A DNA stretch of 64,000 nucleotides. Origin: Tubiluchus corallicola. Lineage: Eukaryota > Animalia > Priapulida. The notes under the pieces are model-generated. The model was not told the origin of the DNA, searched no databases, and worked only from the letters and a program-made list of their open reading frames with translations. This document shows, piece by piece, positions 23,934-37,405 of this stretch. Position 1 is the first letter of the stretch; every line of letters begins with the position of its first letter. Location: the NCBI GenBank assembly GCA_030141605.1, contig JAQGDQ010000074.1, positions 372,001 to 436,000 on the forward strand, written 5' to 3'. A program made the translations under genes and the position numbers.

Positions 23934-26900
23934 CTGAAAACACGTTAAAATTAGATTAATGAAACGCAAAATTACAACACAAAAGAATCCCAATTTAACA
24001 AAGACGAGACGTTTACTTCAGGCTTCTGGTGAAAGTTGAACATTAAGCAATTTTCGTTCAACGTTTTTATACAATGACGCGTAAACGGAAACGATGTTGG
24101 ATTTAATTCCGCATCACTGAGACCAATTTTACAAACTGTCGCATTGGTCTCACAAAGGTCGTGGTTTATAATCCTTGTCACCAATCCTTTAACTTATCAG
24201 CTGTGCGAGCGACAAATGCGAATTTAGCAGCTGATATGAATGAGACAATAAAGATGTAGTAGACCAGTAGGCTGGGGGCAAATGAACTGGAGGACGTAGA
24301 CATTGTATCAGTCTCAACAGAAATATATGATTATGAACAGTTACTTAGCCCAAACCAATACAGCCAAATCAACTTTACTCAGAATGGAACAGTAAATTTA
24401 ATTCAACCTAAATTTGTGTACTTCACAGAGATGGACCAAATAGGCAAACATTTTACATCAGAATGCATCGCCAACATTTTAGCCAATCAGCTTTAGAGTT
24501 CAAAGACTCAAAACGAAATAACTCACCTTTGCCCTTGCTAAAGTAGAAATCACCCTTTCCCCAATTATTTGTTTCTTTGCCATTCAGGTAGAGAGCGCCA
24601 CTGCCGCCCCAATCAAGTTTTGCGCCATTACTGTCGTACTTTAGCATGTGTTGATACTTCTGCCAGTCATTATCTGCCTGAAAATATCACAGAAAGTAGG
24701 CGAAAATGTGAAAATGCAGTATTTATTCCATCGTTAGGTCAGGCAACACATCTGAAATGACATAACTAGGAAAACTGAAGTAACGAATAGTTAGCAATTA
24801 TGACTGCTAGGCAGCGTTTAATTAGAAAAAAGGGTTTAAAATACAATGATAAGCTTTTGGCCCTTAAGTGCTTTAAGAAAAATGTGATTTAATCACTATT
24901 TAAAAGAAAATATTTTCTACACAAATAATGTGTGATTTAGATTATGACAGTTTTTTTATTATATAGCCCTTTTAACTTATTATACCGCAGCGTATTTCTT
25001 GTTTCAGCGAGAGAGATATACTGTCTCCCATTTGCTGACGTACAAAGTTATACGATATGGTTATAATGATGTTGCTCGCAATAAAATGTGATAAAAGCCT
25101 ATACTGTTTCAGTTTTATTGATTGAAGAGTTGTTTTGCAAGCTCTATTCGTATAGACAAACGTCACTGTGTTTAAAAGACGTGGGAGTGATTATTAAATG
25201 TCTGTGAGAATGAAAAAGTGGCAAAGGCCAGAGAAATCGATTAGGCCTATATATGCTCGTAATAGTGATTATACGATAATAAAAAAAACTCGCTAGCCAT
25301 TAACAAACAAACAACATTTCTTATCAATTGTCTTTTCGTCTTAAATTTAAAAACAAAATTGGCTGTTAAATGAATATACAACATAATTGTCAGGAATCAC
25401 GTAAGTCAAATGTCAGATTTCAGCTTTTCAACTTTATTTATTTCATTCATTTCAAAGTTGGAAGTGACATACAATTGTAAAAATGTTAATGACAGTACAT
25501 GTATGCCGTTTTGCAAATGTCCGTATAAATGAGTAATGCTATAGTAGAACGAAAAAGCAGACCAAAAGACAATTAGATGTCTCAAATATGTTCAAACCAC
25601 CTAGAAAAACTAGGTTACCTGACAAACGTGTTGCATTTTTCATATAAAATCGGTAAATTTCATCATCAAGATTAAATTAACTAGCTTTTCTCAGGCTTTT
25701 ATCGTGCTTGCCTTGATGGTCAGCCATGCAAATCACTTGCTCGCACTTTAGTGACCGACCTAATCTAGAGCTTTCCAAAAAATTGCTTGCTATCTATATC
25801 ATTTTTTAAATTTTTTGCCAGAAAACAAAATTTTGGTCTGAGATGGCATAATAAATCTCGTGTATTAGCTGAAATACAATAGCATTTTTGTAAGTATACG
25901 TGTGTTTAAGGTAAATGTAAGTATAACAGATTTGCAACACTTTTGCAACTATTGTAGGTTTTCACATCGACTCTATAAACACAGATCTTTATAAAACAAT
26001 TTATACAAGCCGTGATAACAGTTAATTATTAATAACTTAAATTCCAAGATTATTGCTAATGATGGAATGAACCTGCAATGAATTATTATCGTGAAAAAAT
26101 AGAACTGAGCTGGAATTGCTGAGTTTGGGATTTGAACCATAGAGCTTTGATATTACAAATTCAAAGCCATTGACCACTGTACTCTCGTGCTAATGGTGTT
26201 GGGGCTAATACTGATAACTCAAATATTATTAAATATTTTAAAACTAATTTTTGCTGTAATTATTTCAATAGTGGATTTGGACACGCGAATTGTTACACTG
26301 AAAATTATGTAGTTGGAAGAAAATTATGTAGTCAAAAGTCGCGAGCGTAGCATTAACGTGATAACAAGATTATATATTTCAAACTCCGGTGTCGAGCCAA
26401 GCTGGAAATAAACGATACGGTAGCCGCGTTGAATTTCAATTTCGTATCATGTATTTGCACAAGAAATGTTATATTTCTGTAACCAGTATCTAAATGTGTC
26501 GAAATAACTAGTTACTGTGTCGCCCATGATTTTGGGTATAAAAAGATAATTACTTTTTTAGATTACTCTAAAAGTATCAAATATGGCAGCTACTAAGTAC
26601 CATGTTGAATGTTCTGAATATAAGAAAACAGGCACTCCCAAGTTTTGTGGCTGGACATATAAACAAGAGTAGCGCGAGACGAAAATGTTTGTTGGCAATA
26701 AAAATTTAAGCCTAAGTGTTAATAATATAGGATATCCAAGCTTACCCTGGAGTTAGATTACTTACAAAGTATTTTCCCCAGTTAGTGGCGGAGGATTTAG
26801 CTTCTTCCATTTTTCCATATCCACCTCCCCCTCCACCTCCATATCCGCCTCCACCATGATCTCCATATCCACCTCCTCCACCTCCATGTCCATACCCTCC

Positions 26901-28340
26901 ACCTCCTCCATATCCGTACTGTCCTGAAACTAATACTGCCTGGAAAAATAAAATGCCGAGTTGCGGTTTTAATTTACATCCAGATTGTCGAGTCTAGTCT
27001 AGCATAAAAATTTCGGTGCAAACTTCTTCTGGTTTAGGATGTTTTAATAGTTTACATTATTTTAAAAATATTAAAAATTAATATGATTTACCAAAGGAAC
27101 AAAGTGACAATTTTATTGCGTTGAGTCTAGGATTTGTGAAAATTTTAGTAGCATCAAACTTGGCTTCATAAATTCACAGCTCAGATTTTAATTCACAGAT
27201 GTATTTGCCACGCTATTCTCTACACACAGCCATGCAGTGATTTTACACCTTCATGAGCATTGTAGCAGAAGAAAACAGGACACAAAAAAATTTTCAATTC
27301 CTGAGCATGAGTTTAGCGCAAGATGAACGTCATCGATTGACCACCTGTAAAGTAAACTGAAAATCAAGGTAACGAGGGATTTGTGAAGCATCATATTAAT
27401 GACTAGTGCAGCGATATATCTTCCTCACCAAAGATAAGAAAATGTTCTTTTTATTTATGGTGACATAAACGCACTAGTAAATGGCTTCTAGTTTATACTG
27501 TCAGTGATGTACATGAGAAACTTTTTCTGCAGTGTACGATATGGTACGAAAATTAAAATTATCAAAAATGACAAAATGAGTTACGAAGAATGATATGACA
27601 GTTAGAAAGAAATTGTATATTGTTTTTGAAGTACATCCGCTATAACCAACCCAGTCTTATATAGTCAGTCTTATAAAGCATAGCATTTTTGCCCAGTCAC
27701 GTTGCCCAGTGAACACTAGTTACTTAAATTAACAGTTTGCAGTGCTCTGAATGTTTTTCTGTAGTGAAGACTAGGGCAGACTACTGCATATCCTGAGTCT
27801 GATTGCTTCCTTTTCTTCTGCTTAAAAAATCGCTTTTTATACAGCTCTGACTTTGCAAATCGGCATTTAACACTCAACGACAGGCCTATTTAATGCGTAA
27901 TTACGTTTTTAACTAATACTACTATTTAATACCACAATTATGCTTTGTTTATGCTACAATTACACATAATAAATAAATAAATAATACAGATGTATGTAGT
28001 GAGACCGGATACCAGTTAACTTCAAAATTTATGTTCTAAGACGACACACTGAAGCAGCGCCTTGTTTAAATGCATATCCATTCTCTAGCAACGATGGTGG
28101 TAGCTTAGTCACTCTTCTCAAAGATTTAAAAAAACGTAAAATCTTGATGAAGCCCAAGTTTAAGATTACACATTAAATGACAAGTAAAATGCTTGGGAAA
28201 TTCACATTTTTAATTATTGCACTACTGAAATAGTGCTAGTTAATTAGCTGCCATAACAGGAAAATTTTTGCTGAAACAGAATTTTAATTACTCACCACTG
28301 TGGACAGTATTACTGATAACAGCGCATTCTGCGTGTTCAT
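23764..28340 (-). CDS. Gene C: short secreted Gly/Tyr-rich paralog of gene A, 179 aa; join(complement 28296..28340, 26766..26939, 24527..24677, 23764..23933)
   Basis: 45+174+151+170=540 nt open, phases 0,0,1 as in gene A. MNTQNALLSVILSTVAVLVSG-QYGYGGGGGYGHGGG...TNWGKYF-ADNDWQKY...MSGH*. Confidence 0.9.
24527..24677 (-). CDS. Gene C conserved-domain exon (ADNDWQKYQHMLKY...FSKGK)
   Basis: ttttcag acceptor, AAAG|gtgagt donor; 151 nt. Confidence 0.9.
26100..26186 (-). mobile_element. Degenerate tRNA-derived SINE head
   Basis: Minus strand has an A-box-like TACAGTGGTCAATGG and a B-box-like GGTTCAAATCCC; no intact cloverleaf. Confidence 0.4.
26766..26939 (-). CDS. Gene C Gly-rich exon (58 codons)
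   Basis: tttttccag|GCA acceptor, TTT|gtaagt donor; AVLVSGQYGYGGGGGYGHGGGGGGYGDHGGGGYGGGGGGGYGKMEEAKSSATNWGKYF. Confidence 0.9.
28296..28340 (-). CDS. Gene C first coding exon (MNTQNALLSVILSTV); exon starts at 28367
   Basis: Acceptor ttttttcgtctttaaag, ATG at 28340, donor GTG|gtgagt; 15 codons. Confidence 0.82.
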
Positions 28341-28727
28341 TGTTTCCTACTGATGTAGGTTAAGAACCTTTAAAGACGAAAAAACGAATATTACTTCAAC
28401 ACTGCTCAGGAGTAATGGGTGAACATGACTACAGCTGTCCAAACCTTGCCGAGCCTATCAATTACCTTAAAAGTTAAATTGTGAGCGAAATTATAAAAAA
28501 TCATAATTCGAATAAAAAAACTGCACAAGCCAACATGGAGCTCGGATATTTATGTTTCATTACAACTTAATATTTATTTCTCAAGAATTTACTGTTTAGT
28601 CAACACTATAAAATAAATAAGCGTTTAGTAGAACAAAAATAATCGATTACATATACAATGTAGAGAAAATTTACACGACCTTCATTCCCTTACTTGATAC
28701 TAAATCCTTTATTACAAAATATCTTAC

Positions 28728-28799
28728 CTTATCCTGACACAGTCTGTCACAGATTAAGTTGGCTCATCTACTGTGAATTTAGAAAACAAATTCCTGAAT
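28728..28799 (-). other. Gene C 5'UTR exon
   Basis: Begins at an Inr-like TCATTC (A at 28799) and ends AAG|gtaaga. Confidence 0.65.
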
Positions 28800-28830
28800 G
28801 ACTAATTGTTTTATTTAATGGTCTTTTATA
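28796..28830 (-). promoter_or_regulatory. TATA box + initiator of gene C
   Basis: TATAAAA (28830-28824) starts 31 nt upstream of the A of TCATTC, which is canonical Pol II spacing. Confidence 0.65.
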
Positions 28831-30228
28831 TCTGGGAAACGCACCAGTGAGCATAAATGCCTGTATTACCGACCTGGCTCACCTTTATAAAACTAAGGCA
28901 TAAAAGCAACATTATCTAACCAAAATAATAACTACTGACATCAAAAATTAAATCGAGCAGTATTTTACAAAACTAGTTTATCCAAGACAAACATTAAGGG
29001 AGCCACACTCATAATGTCAGAACTTGTTTTCAATAATTACTGTTTTTCTAGGCGCAATAAAAGTTTGACCCTAATGCAAAAACTCATTTGTTATGATTTA
29101 AAATTGGCAAAATTGCGTCTAAAATGCCTGTTACACAACTTCTGACCTAGTGAAAGATGGTACAGCGATTAATGTAGCGTTTGCCTAGCAAAAGGCTACA
29201 TGTGATAAAAAATGATGAATCAGTTTTATTATACTTATAACGTGCTGAGTTATTTGCGATTAGTTGGAGAGCTGAATAAAGACCATGCCCTAAAACTGGC
29301 CTAAATTATTATTTATAACAGTGGCTTATAGACTAGTTACTCGTAAATTATACGTTCAGTACATCACGCGTCTAACTGAGTGTTGTGCCTGAAGTACAAT
29401 TTCTTCCAGCACTCTCAGTATTCGGTTTTCAGTACAAAACACGCAAATCGAAGCTCAGAATAGACTCGATACGGACTATGCTGCCCTGCCTGAGATTACA
29501 GTCAAATCGACATTGATGAGTAGTTTTCTAGCATATACCTTACTTTCACCATTTTGTTAAGCTTTAAAAAATAAGCGAAGTACTTAGTTTATAAGTGCCT
29601 CTACACAGTCTTGTTTTGACAGCTTTACTTGTACCTCCACTGGCATTTTTGCACTTTTCCTATGAGACGTATAAACTCAAATACTTAAGGCCTTCATTTT
29701 CGCACCTACCACATGTTTAAAGTATTCTCATACCGGACAAGTTATTTATATTGAACACACCGACATGGAAAGATGGAAAAAACTGTGAAGAATTGTCGAA
29801 TTTCATAGTTTATACATGAACTGCTCGTAGTGCCCCTTTGGACGTGATATGTTAGTAAGTTAGCTGGATGAAGTACTTTGACGCAACAGTAATGTACACG
29901 TGTAAAAGCGAACAAATATAAGCTTGCATTTAACGAACTGTGACAAATCTGTTCCAGCATAGCTGAAAATATTCGCTGTATAATTATTTATAAAAAGGAA
30001 GTATCCTGACCAGTGTATTACAAGAACCAGAAAACTGTTGGTGACCATTTTTTCATAAACGGGTTGCAGTAGTTTATCCTGTAAGTTCCACGTCATTATG
30101 CAGAAGTTCAGCAGCATAACATGGTAATTGCTTAGATGCACATACAGGAAATAGCGATTGAACTCCTGGCTATGAATGAGGGCGTCTTCAGGAATTCCTT
30201 AGACAATTATTACCGATATTATCTAGAT

Positions 30229-30589
30229 CAGGGGTGTCCAACCTTTTTGAACTGAGGGCCAAGTGTACAACCTTCAAAGTAGTCGCGGGCCGGATTAGCA
30301 ATTTCACAACCACAAAAAGACAATGAAGCACAAAATACATTTTATGTTACATTTAAGCTAGAAGAGACAGTCTTGTAAGTTTATGCTTTTGATCAGTTTA
30401 ATGTGAAGTCTGGCACTGCTTTTGTTTTGTTTCCTTTCCTGTTGAGGTGCCCTTCATTGGACAAATATCCAACAATTCCTCGACGACAACAAAAGTTTTC
30501 GTAACTCCTCTTACAAATACAGCCAGTTGAGCGGTGTCACTTATGTCCGTGCTCTCATCAACCGCAAGCTGTAGAACTCGCAACCGCTG
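30229..30589 (-). mobile_element. Internally deleted hAT (Charlie/SPIN/Buster-type) element with transposase fragment
   Basis: Terminus CAGGGGTGTCCAAC follows target-like ATCTAGAT. The minus-strand peptide LAVDESTDISDTAQLAVFVRGV...EELL..PMKGTSTG is the hAT first-catalytic-Asp region. Possible second end CAGCGGTT at 30589. Confidence 0.8.
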
Positions 30590-30839
30590 AGTCTCTAGAT
30601 TCTAGATAAAAAGGTGGGGTATATGACGTATTTACTTGGGCAATCAATGTGTTTTTTTATTAAATTCTTGTGCTGCAGACTGCTGCCACCTGCAGTTAGC
30701 AACTGAAACTAGAATATAGTTTTGTATGATTCTGATTAAGATTATCCAAGGTTTTTCCTAGTTTTCCAAAAAGTTACGAGAAAAAAATCATTCCTTTACT
30801 GCCTTTGTTATGTAGTTAATTGGACATTGGTGACTGATG

Positions 30840-30975
30840 TAATGGTGGGTTGGTCTGTTGGCTGGCTGGCAAGTTAGTTGGTTGGTCAGATGGTTGGGCA
30901 GTCGGTCAGTCGATCGATCAGTCAGTCGGCTGGTCGGTCAATAGTTAGTTATTTGGTTGACTGGCTGGTCGACTT
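30840..30975. repeat. Degenerate (TTGG/GTCA/GTCG)n tetranucleotide tract
   Basis: Direct reading. Confidence 0.7.
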
Positions 30976-32446
30976 TACACTAGCACTTTAGTATTTTGCC
31001 GACATATTATTGACATTGACATTATTGAAAAGGTCCAGAGATATTTCACTCACATGTTGTTTGCTCGTTGTCAATTCCTATATTAAAGCACAAGAAAACC
31101 CTCCACTTACATAAAGCTTTAAAAATTCGTCTTGGAATTTTATAACACTTACACAGTGACTTTTTGTATACAGGGCTTAAGTCGGCAGTAACGCTGTATA
31201 AAACTTGTAAATTTAAACTTCCGCGATGACCGTTCGACGCCGCCATTCAGACGATAAGTCATTTGGAAAAAGGTTAGATAATATTGCGTGGCGGTTGGGC
31301 AAAAAAATAATCACAACATTCGTAACGCACACTTCACTAACTAAGAAAATTTTAAATTACTGTATCTTGTCAATAAGATTAAAAATACGCTTTTTTGGTT
31401 AGTGAGTGGTGCATCTTGGAGGGTGAGTCAGCGACATTTTACCAATTGGAGAAAATTTTTTAAATAATTAATAATTTGCTTTTTCTGTTATATTAGTCTT
31501 TCAAGCCAGTAAGCGAAATGTTAAGCAATATAACTTAGAACGGAAAGTTTCTTCTGATATAGTTTAACATTTCCTTTTCTTCCTGTGATTTAAGTTGTGC
31601 GTATGTAACGTCATGTTATGGCGCGGTCGGAACAGTATTGCCGATTGCGGGAGATTTAAAATGAAAGCAAACAAAAAGTCCTTTCAACGCGAGTGCGACA
31701 TAGGCATAAAATTGCTATAAATTAATATAATTTTTAAGGCGATTTTTCTGAAACGTACTTCAGGTACACCTTTTCTTTAATAGACTCCATGCGCTAACTA
31801 TTGAGCCACTTGAAGCACGTGGTATATTGTATATGACCTAAAATGATTTATAAAATTTGTCATACCTGGTAGAATTAGCCTTCGATGATTTTTTTCCACT
31901 TTGCATGTAACAGAGGATTGCGTAGGTATAATTTTAAATTATATTTAAAGTATTCAGGCTAAACATATGCAAGTATTCATCTGCCAGTAGAATTTTCAAA
32001 ATTTGGAATAATTTGGAACGGAAAGTCCGACAACGTTTCGTGATTCAGTTGCTTCTTTTGACAGCCGATACATTCAAAAAAGTTTAAACATATTTACATC
32101 CAATTTTCTTCAAAATCAACAGTGTGCGGAACTGCGAATTAAGCCCCAACCAAATTATCCTTGGATTCATTTCTGTGAAAATTTAAATTATAAACCATTA
32201 TCTATGAGATGCAGCTGTTGGACTGACGTGCAATAAACAGTTGGATCCTTACTACAAACATTGAGCCACATAACCCTTTTTGAGACTGACATGTTGTCTG
32301 TATCTATTTGCGTGTTTGACTACAATAAAAATAAATAAGGTGTTGGCAAAGATTACCAGTCACTAAAACAGCGACCAGCTAATGACTTACGCTACTCATT
32401 AATGACAGTCGACGTACTATCACTGTGAACTGAAATTGCCTTTAGT

Positions 32447-32750
<304 letters not shown>

Positions 32751-33447
32751 CTAATTCACATACTTATGAAGCTAAGCTGCGACTAACCCAGTTAATAACA
32801 GGATTGGTAGCCGCTGTAAAGCTTTTTCAGTGACGTTTCAAGGGCCATGTTGTACTTGCTAATTTTCTCTTTGAAAAAGGATGTATACACATCTTGGTAA
32901 GACACCACCACCAGTTCAAAGTCTTATCTTTGATGATTCATTACAGCCCGGCCCCGTCACAATCACCCAGTAGTAGCAGGAGGCCTTTATTCTTGTTTGC
33001 AATATGATTAACTGTATAAGAAAGTTTGAAGCGAAAAATATCTCGAAGCTTCGAAGTCCCGCTTAGGTCATCATTCATCGTGTTGCAAACGACTTGAATA
33101 AACTAAAAATCTAAACTGAAATTCTGTCGTCTGGGTATCGATCAAAATGTCGTAGAAGATGTATTATTGCTGGGGTCTCCTGCAGAGGCTGCGGAATGGT
33201 CTGAAAATTTTTTGAAGACTGGTCACAGCTGCTAACTTCAGCAGCTGCAAGAATTTTTTTATTTTAATTTTTTCTTCGTGATAGGTTAACACATTCGTGT
33301 TTTTAAATGCAGTTTTACATTGTGTTAAGGTAATAATTACTCGAAATTGTAAAAGTATCGTTGTATTTCTTCCATTTTGTTTTGTTAATTCACTTTTAAT
33401 AATCTACAAACTATCATGTGCACTAAAATAGTAATTTCACCTTCTAA

Positions 33448-33582
<135 letters not shown>

Positions 33583-33869
33583 CTAACGAAGAAAAATTGT
33601 AAATTTTTTATATTATAATGCATGCTTTATTCTAAAATTCATCAACAGATTTGGTAGCGTCGCTTTTAGGTCTAATGTTTTGTCTGGTGGTTTAATGAGT
33701 TGGCACAATTTGCCCATACTGTATACTGTTGACAGCATGGTTTTCTTAAAATCTAATAAAATTGTCCAAAAAATTCCATTTGTGGCATTCACTAACTTTT
33801 GCTTCATTCGTCAAGGAAAGCAGCACCGTACGCTGTTACCGTAGCGAGAGAGAGAGGGGGGATTTTGTA

Positions 33870-33964
33870 GTATAACATAATTCTGGTATATCGTATAAGA
33901 ATCAGCTCGATATAAGAATCACTTTGCCTTCTCCCGAGGTGATTCTTATAACGAGAGTCCACTG
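33870..33964 (-). mobile_element. Tc1/mariner (pogo/Tigger-like) MITE end
   Basis: Reverse complement TA|CAGTGGACTCTCGTTATAAGAATCACC... with internal TATAAGAATCA repeats. The TA target and CAGT terminus are typical of pogo/Tigger elements. Confidence 0.6.
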
Positions 33965-34733
33965 TATCTACTAGACGTAAAACTAACTACCCTAATTTTT
34001 GACAAGTGATGTATTTACACGTGACACCCATTGAAACAACCCATAATTTTTACAATTTTAAAAATTTTGAATAATTTTCTAAGCAGTACTATACTACATG
34101 CATGTGATTAGTTCGGTAGCAAGAGGAGGAATGTTTAAAAAACATAAACTTAAGAAAAATATTCTCTTTCCTTAATTTTTTGTATTTACTATACTTACCG
34201 TACTATATTTACTGAAGTATGACTAAAGAACGTTACTTAATAATAATAAAAAAGAATAATGTTAAAGGACTAAACAAGAATAATATTAAACGGGTAACAC
34301 TAAATGTAAATAAGTTGATACGCAAATTCCTAGCTTTAAGCTGTGATAGCTTGCTGATGAAGCCATACCGTAGTTTGCTACAACTGCAGCTCTGCCTGTG
34401 GTGGCAAGAAGAACTGAGAGCCAGAAACAATCTCGATAAACCCTTATCAAGCTGCTCACTTGCGTCACGTGAGCCATGCACATCTCATATTGAGCCGCTT
34501 CACTTCTTGTAACGAAACACAATTATCATCGCAGTGATAGGATTACGTATTAAAATTATGGTTTCTCGCTTGAAAACGGACAGAAAATTTATACCGTGTG
34601 CAGGAAAACGAGTGAACTACGGAAAAAGATGTTAGAACTGAACAAAATAATCAGAATTCTTGACATTTGTTAAGACGATGCCGTAACATTATCAACAGAT
34701 TTGATGATTGTTCGGAAGCAGAGTTCAGGAACA

Positions 34734-34830
34734 ATGTCAATGAAGTTTTTAAAAGATTTGACAAGAACAATAATCTTGCTGCTGAATTGTTTAGTTTTTT
34801 CAACATTTGCTGCTCAGGTTGTGAGAATAG
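34734..34830 (+). CDS. Probable first coding exon of an ionotropic glutamate receptor-like gene (ANF/LIVBP amino-terminal domain); rest of the gene not found in the window
   Basis: MSMKFLKDLTRTIILLLNCLVFSTFAAQVVRI-G|gtaagt: a signal peptide, then a VxRIG beta-1 motif like kainate receptors (QVLRIGGIF), and a perfect phase-1 donor. An alternative in-frame ATG lies at 34704. Confidence 0.5.
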
Positions 34831-36339
34831 GTAAGTTGTCTTTTAATTTTGTTTTAAATGAGTATTCAATTTGTTTTAAATTTATTTGTAATTGAAATCA
34901 ATTATAAACTTTAGAAAAAAGAAGTTGTAATAAATTTAAAATAACTGTATACCATACTTCGAGCACTTCTGATTTAATAGTATTCTTCCTACTATTGATG
35001 TGACGTTCTGACATTATTCTTAAAAATTTTAGTTTAAGGTACTTAGGAATGATGATTTAGTGAGTGAGTCAAAGATTCAGTTAGTTAGTTAACCCAAGCT
35101 GAAACCGCAACAAAGCTTGTGTTCTCTGTACTGCAAAAGCATAGTTGAAAAGAATGAATATTCATATATTCATCTGGCTAATTCATAAATATACAACACT
35201 AAAGTTAAATCAATAAGCCGCGAATATTTACTATAGCAGCACAAACTGGAATTAAATCTATTGTAAACCATATGGCTAATTGATGAATGTAATAAACAAA
35301 TTATCGCTGTTCTTTATTGATTTTAATATTTTTCACCGTCATAATGATTTAATGTCGTCCTTCCTGTGCTATTGGGAGGCGTACTTGGATCACAAAAAAT
35401 ATTTACATTCAGGTTTTAATATCATTAAGACAGCTATATGTACAATTGATTATGTACATTTTGCAGGCGTAAATGCCTCTACTTTTGAATAATCAACATA
35501 TTTTTCCTATTATTCTTGTTATACAGTTATATTACAAAATCAATGACTTCTTTTTTGTTTGTTTAAATAATTTTTTTCACATTTGTTTTATATCTGTTCC
35601 AAACGTTGCGAAAACATGAGTTATCCAACAAACTTTAATTGTGCGATGTACGTGGTAAAATGGGCTAAATAATGTCGTGCACTGGCTCCTGTTGGATAGT
35701 GAGCTTTAGCCTTTAATAGAAGTAACAAAGTGATATAGATACTGTTTTTTCCTCTCCAATATTAATAGAAAGGAGGAAAACCAGTGTCAATGTTACTTTC
35801 TTATTTTGTAAACCTGAAGCTCATTTGTCCGACATTAGCCAGTGTGTGACATTAACCCATTTTACCAAGTTTTTTTATCTATATTCTTTTTTGCACTTGC
35901 AACGTCAGTTTATAGCTTTTTTGTTCTAAAATTTATAGTTTATAGTTTAAAGACTGTTCAGAACATGCTTGTTTTGTTTACATGGCTGACATTGTCAAAC
36001 CTGACAAAAATGAGCAGCAAAAAAGAGGAAATTCCATTGCTTCAAGACGACTCATACCATATGAAAGCAGCACCATGAGTATTGAGCATGACATTTGATT
36101 TCGGCCACACCCTTTCCCTGAACTCACTTTGAATTTATAGTTCCACTTATTAATTTTATTATATATGCTTAGTTTTACATGCCCACATTGCGTAAATTGT
36201 TCCCATGTCCTTACCCATACATCTGCTGCTTGAACAGTTTGATCCTTTCCTAGAAAGCACATCAGTATAGAAGCGTAATGCGTGTTATTCTTAAGTACGT
36301 TCTTATTTTCGTAGTATTTTGAAGAAATTTACACCTCTT

Positions 36340-36790
36340 TTTCTCAGCTAGATCATGAGTGACACTGAAATCCTGAGTGTCATTAAACTTTTAAAAATTA
36401 ACAAAGTAGCCGGCACTGAGGTTCAGCATAATAAACAAATGCTCAAAGCATCAAGCCAAATTGGTTCCTTGTTTTCACAAAGTATTCATATTCAATCTGA
36501 TTTTTTCTGTATCTTACTGCTCTTGTCTGTTGCAGGAGAGTTGCATTATCCCAATATTCAAAAGCGGAAATGCAGCAGACCCAAATAATTATAGGGAATC
36601 GCCCGCCATATCGAGCACTTCAAGTATAATTTTAGCGAAAATTCTAAATAACAGATTACAAAAATTTCTGATAATATCAAGAAAAACAGTTAAGTTGGAT
36701 TTAAAATGCCGTTGTTACTACTTCTGATCATATGTTTACCTTAACACACTTATCGATAGTCTTACGCAAAGCTTTAGATTCCGTCTGGCT
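36340..36790 (+). mobile_element. Non-LTR retrotransposon RT fragment (decayed)
   Basis: EILSVIKLLKINKVAG, IIPIFKSGNAADPNNYR, LAKILNNRL, TSDHMFTL, with frameshifts. Confidence 0.8.
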
Positions 36791-36832
36791 TGTACTATAA
36801 ATTGTTGGAAAATAATATGGTTATTTTCTTAA

Positions 36833-37405
36833 AGGAAGACAGGAAGATTTTTCATATACTACCCCATTTTCAAGTCCGTTAAAAGTATACATTTTAACAC
36901 AGTTAATACTGTAAAAGTGTTTCTGATAATTAAATAATAGTTCAAAAACCTAATTAACGGCGGACGAGCCCAACATCACAAATTAACATAATTTTCAACA
37001 TCAGAAATATTCCACGAGCGTGTTGTACGTGTTTACGAAAGCGAAATACAGTGCTACTGTAAGATATTCAGTGTGTTGTACTAAAACTAGGTAAGTTTTA
37101 AGATAAAAATTCAAATTTCAAATTTACCGCTGTGCTCACGCATGAGCTGTTGAACGTGTGTAGTTCGTCACAAGCTAACACATCTGAACTGAGAGGTTCA
37201 GTACCTGTTTTTTGTGCAATGCATTTCCGAATTGCAGGCGCTAGTGCCCGTCTAACTAGCGAATGGCGAAGTGCATATAACAGTGAAGAACTAGTGGCAC
37301 GAACGTGAAATTGTGTTTGTGTGGTAATAATTCTTTCAGGTAAATAATTTTTGAAAAAATAGTATATATTTGCTTTCAGTATTGTAAAGAGTAGATTGTT
37401 TTGAC
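36833..37405 (+). mobile_element. One arm of a TTAA-flanked long-TIR element (Kolobok/T2-MITE-like)
   Basis: Starts TTAA|AGGAAGACAG; matches the reverse complement of 55660..56241 along its length. Confidence 0.7.

Noticed and set aside
26100-26186. tRNA gene
   Set aside because: The A/B boxes are degenerate and the stems do not pair; treated as a SINE relic.
27249-27345. Candidate extra exon in gene C intron (acag|...AAG|gtgtaa)
   Set aside because: In-frame stops and a weak donor; the 28296-to-26939 junction already gives a complete signal peptide.
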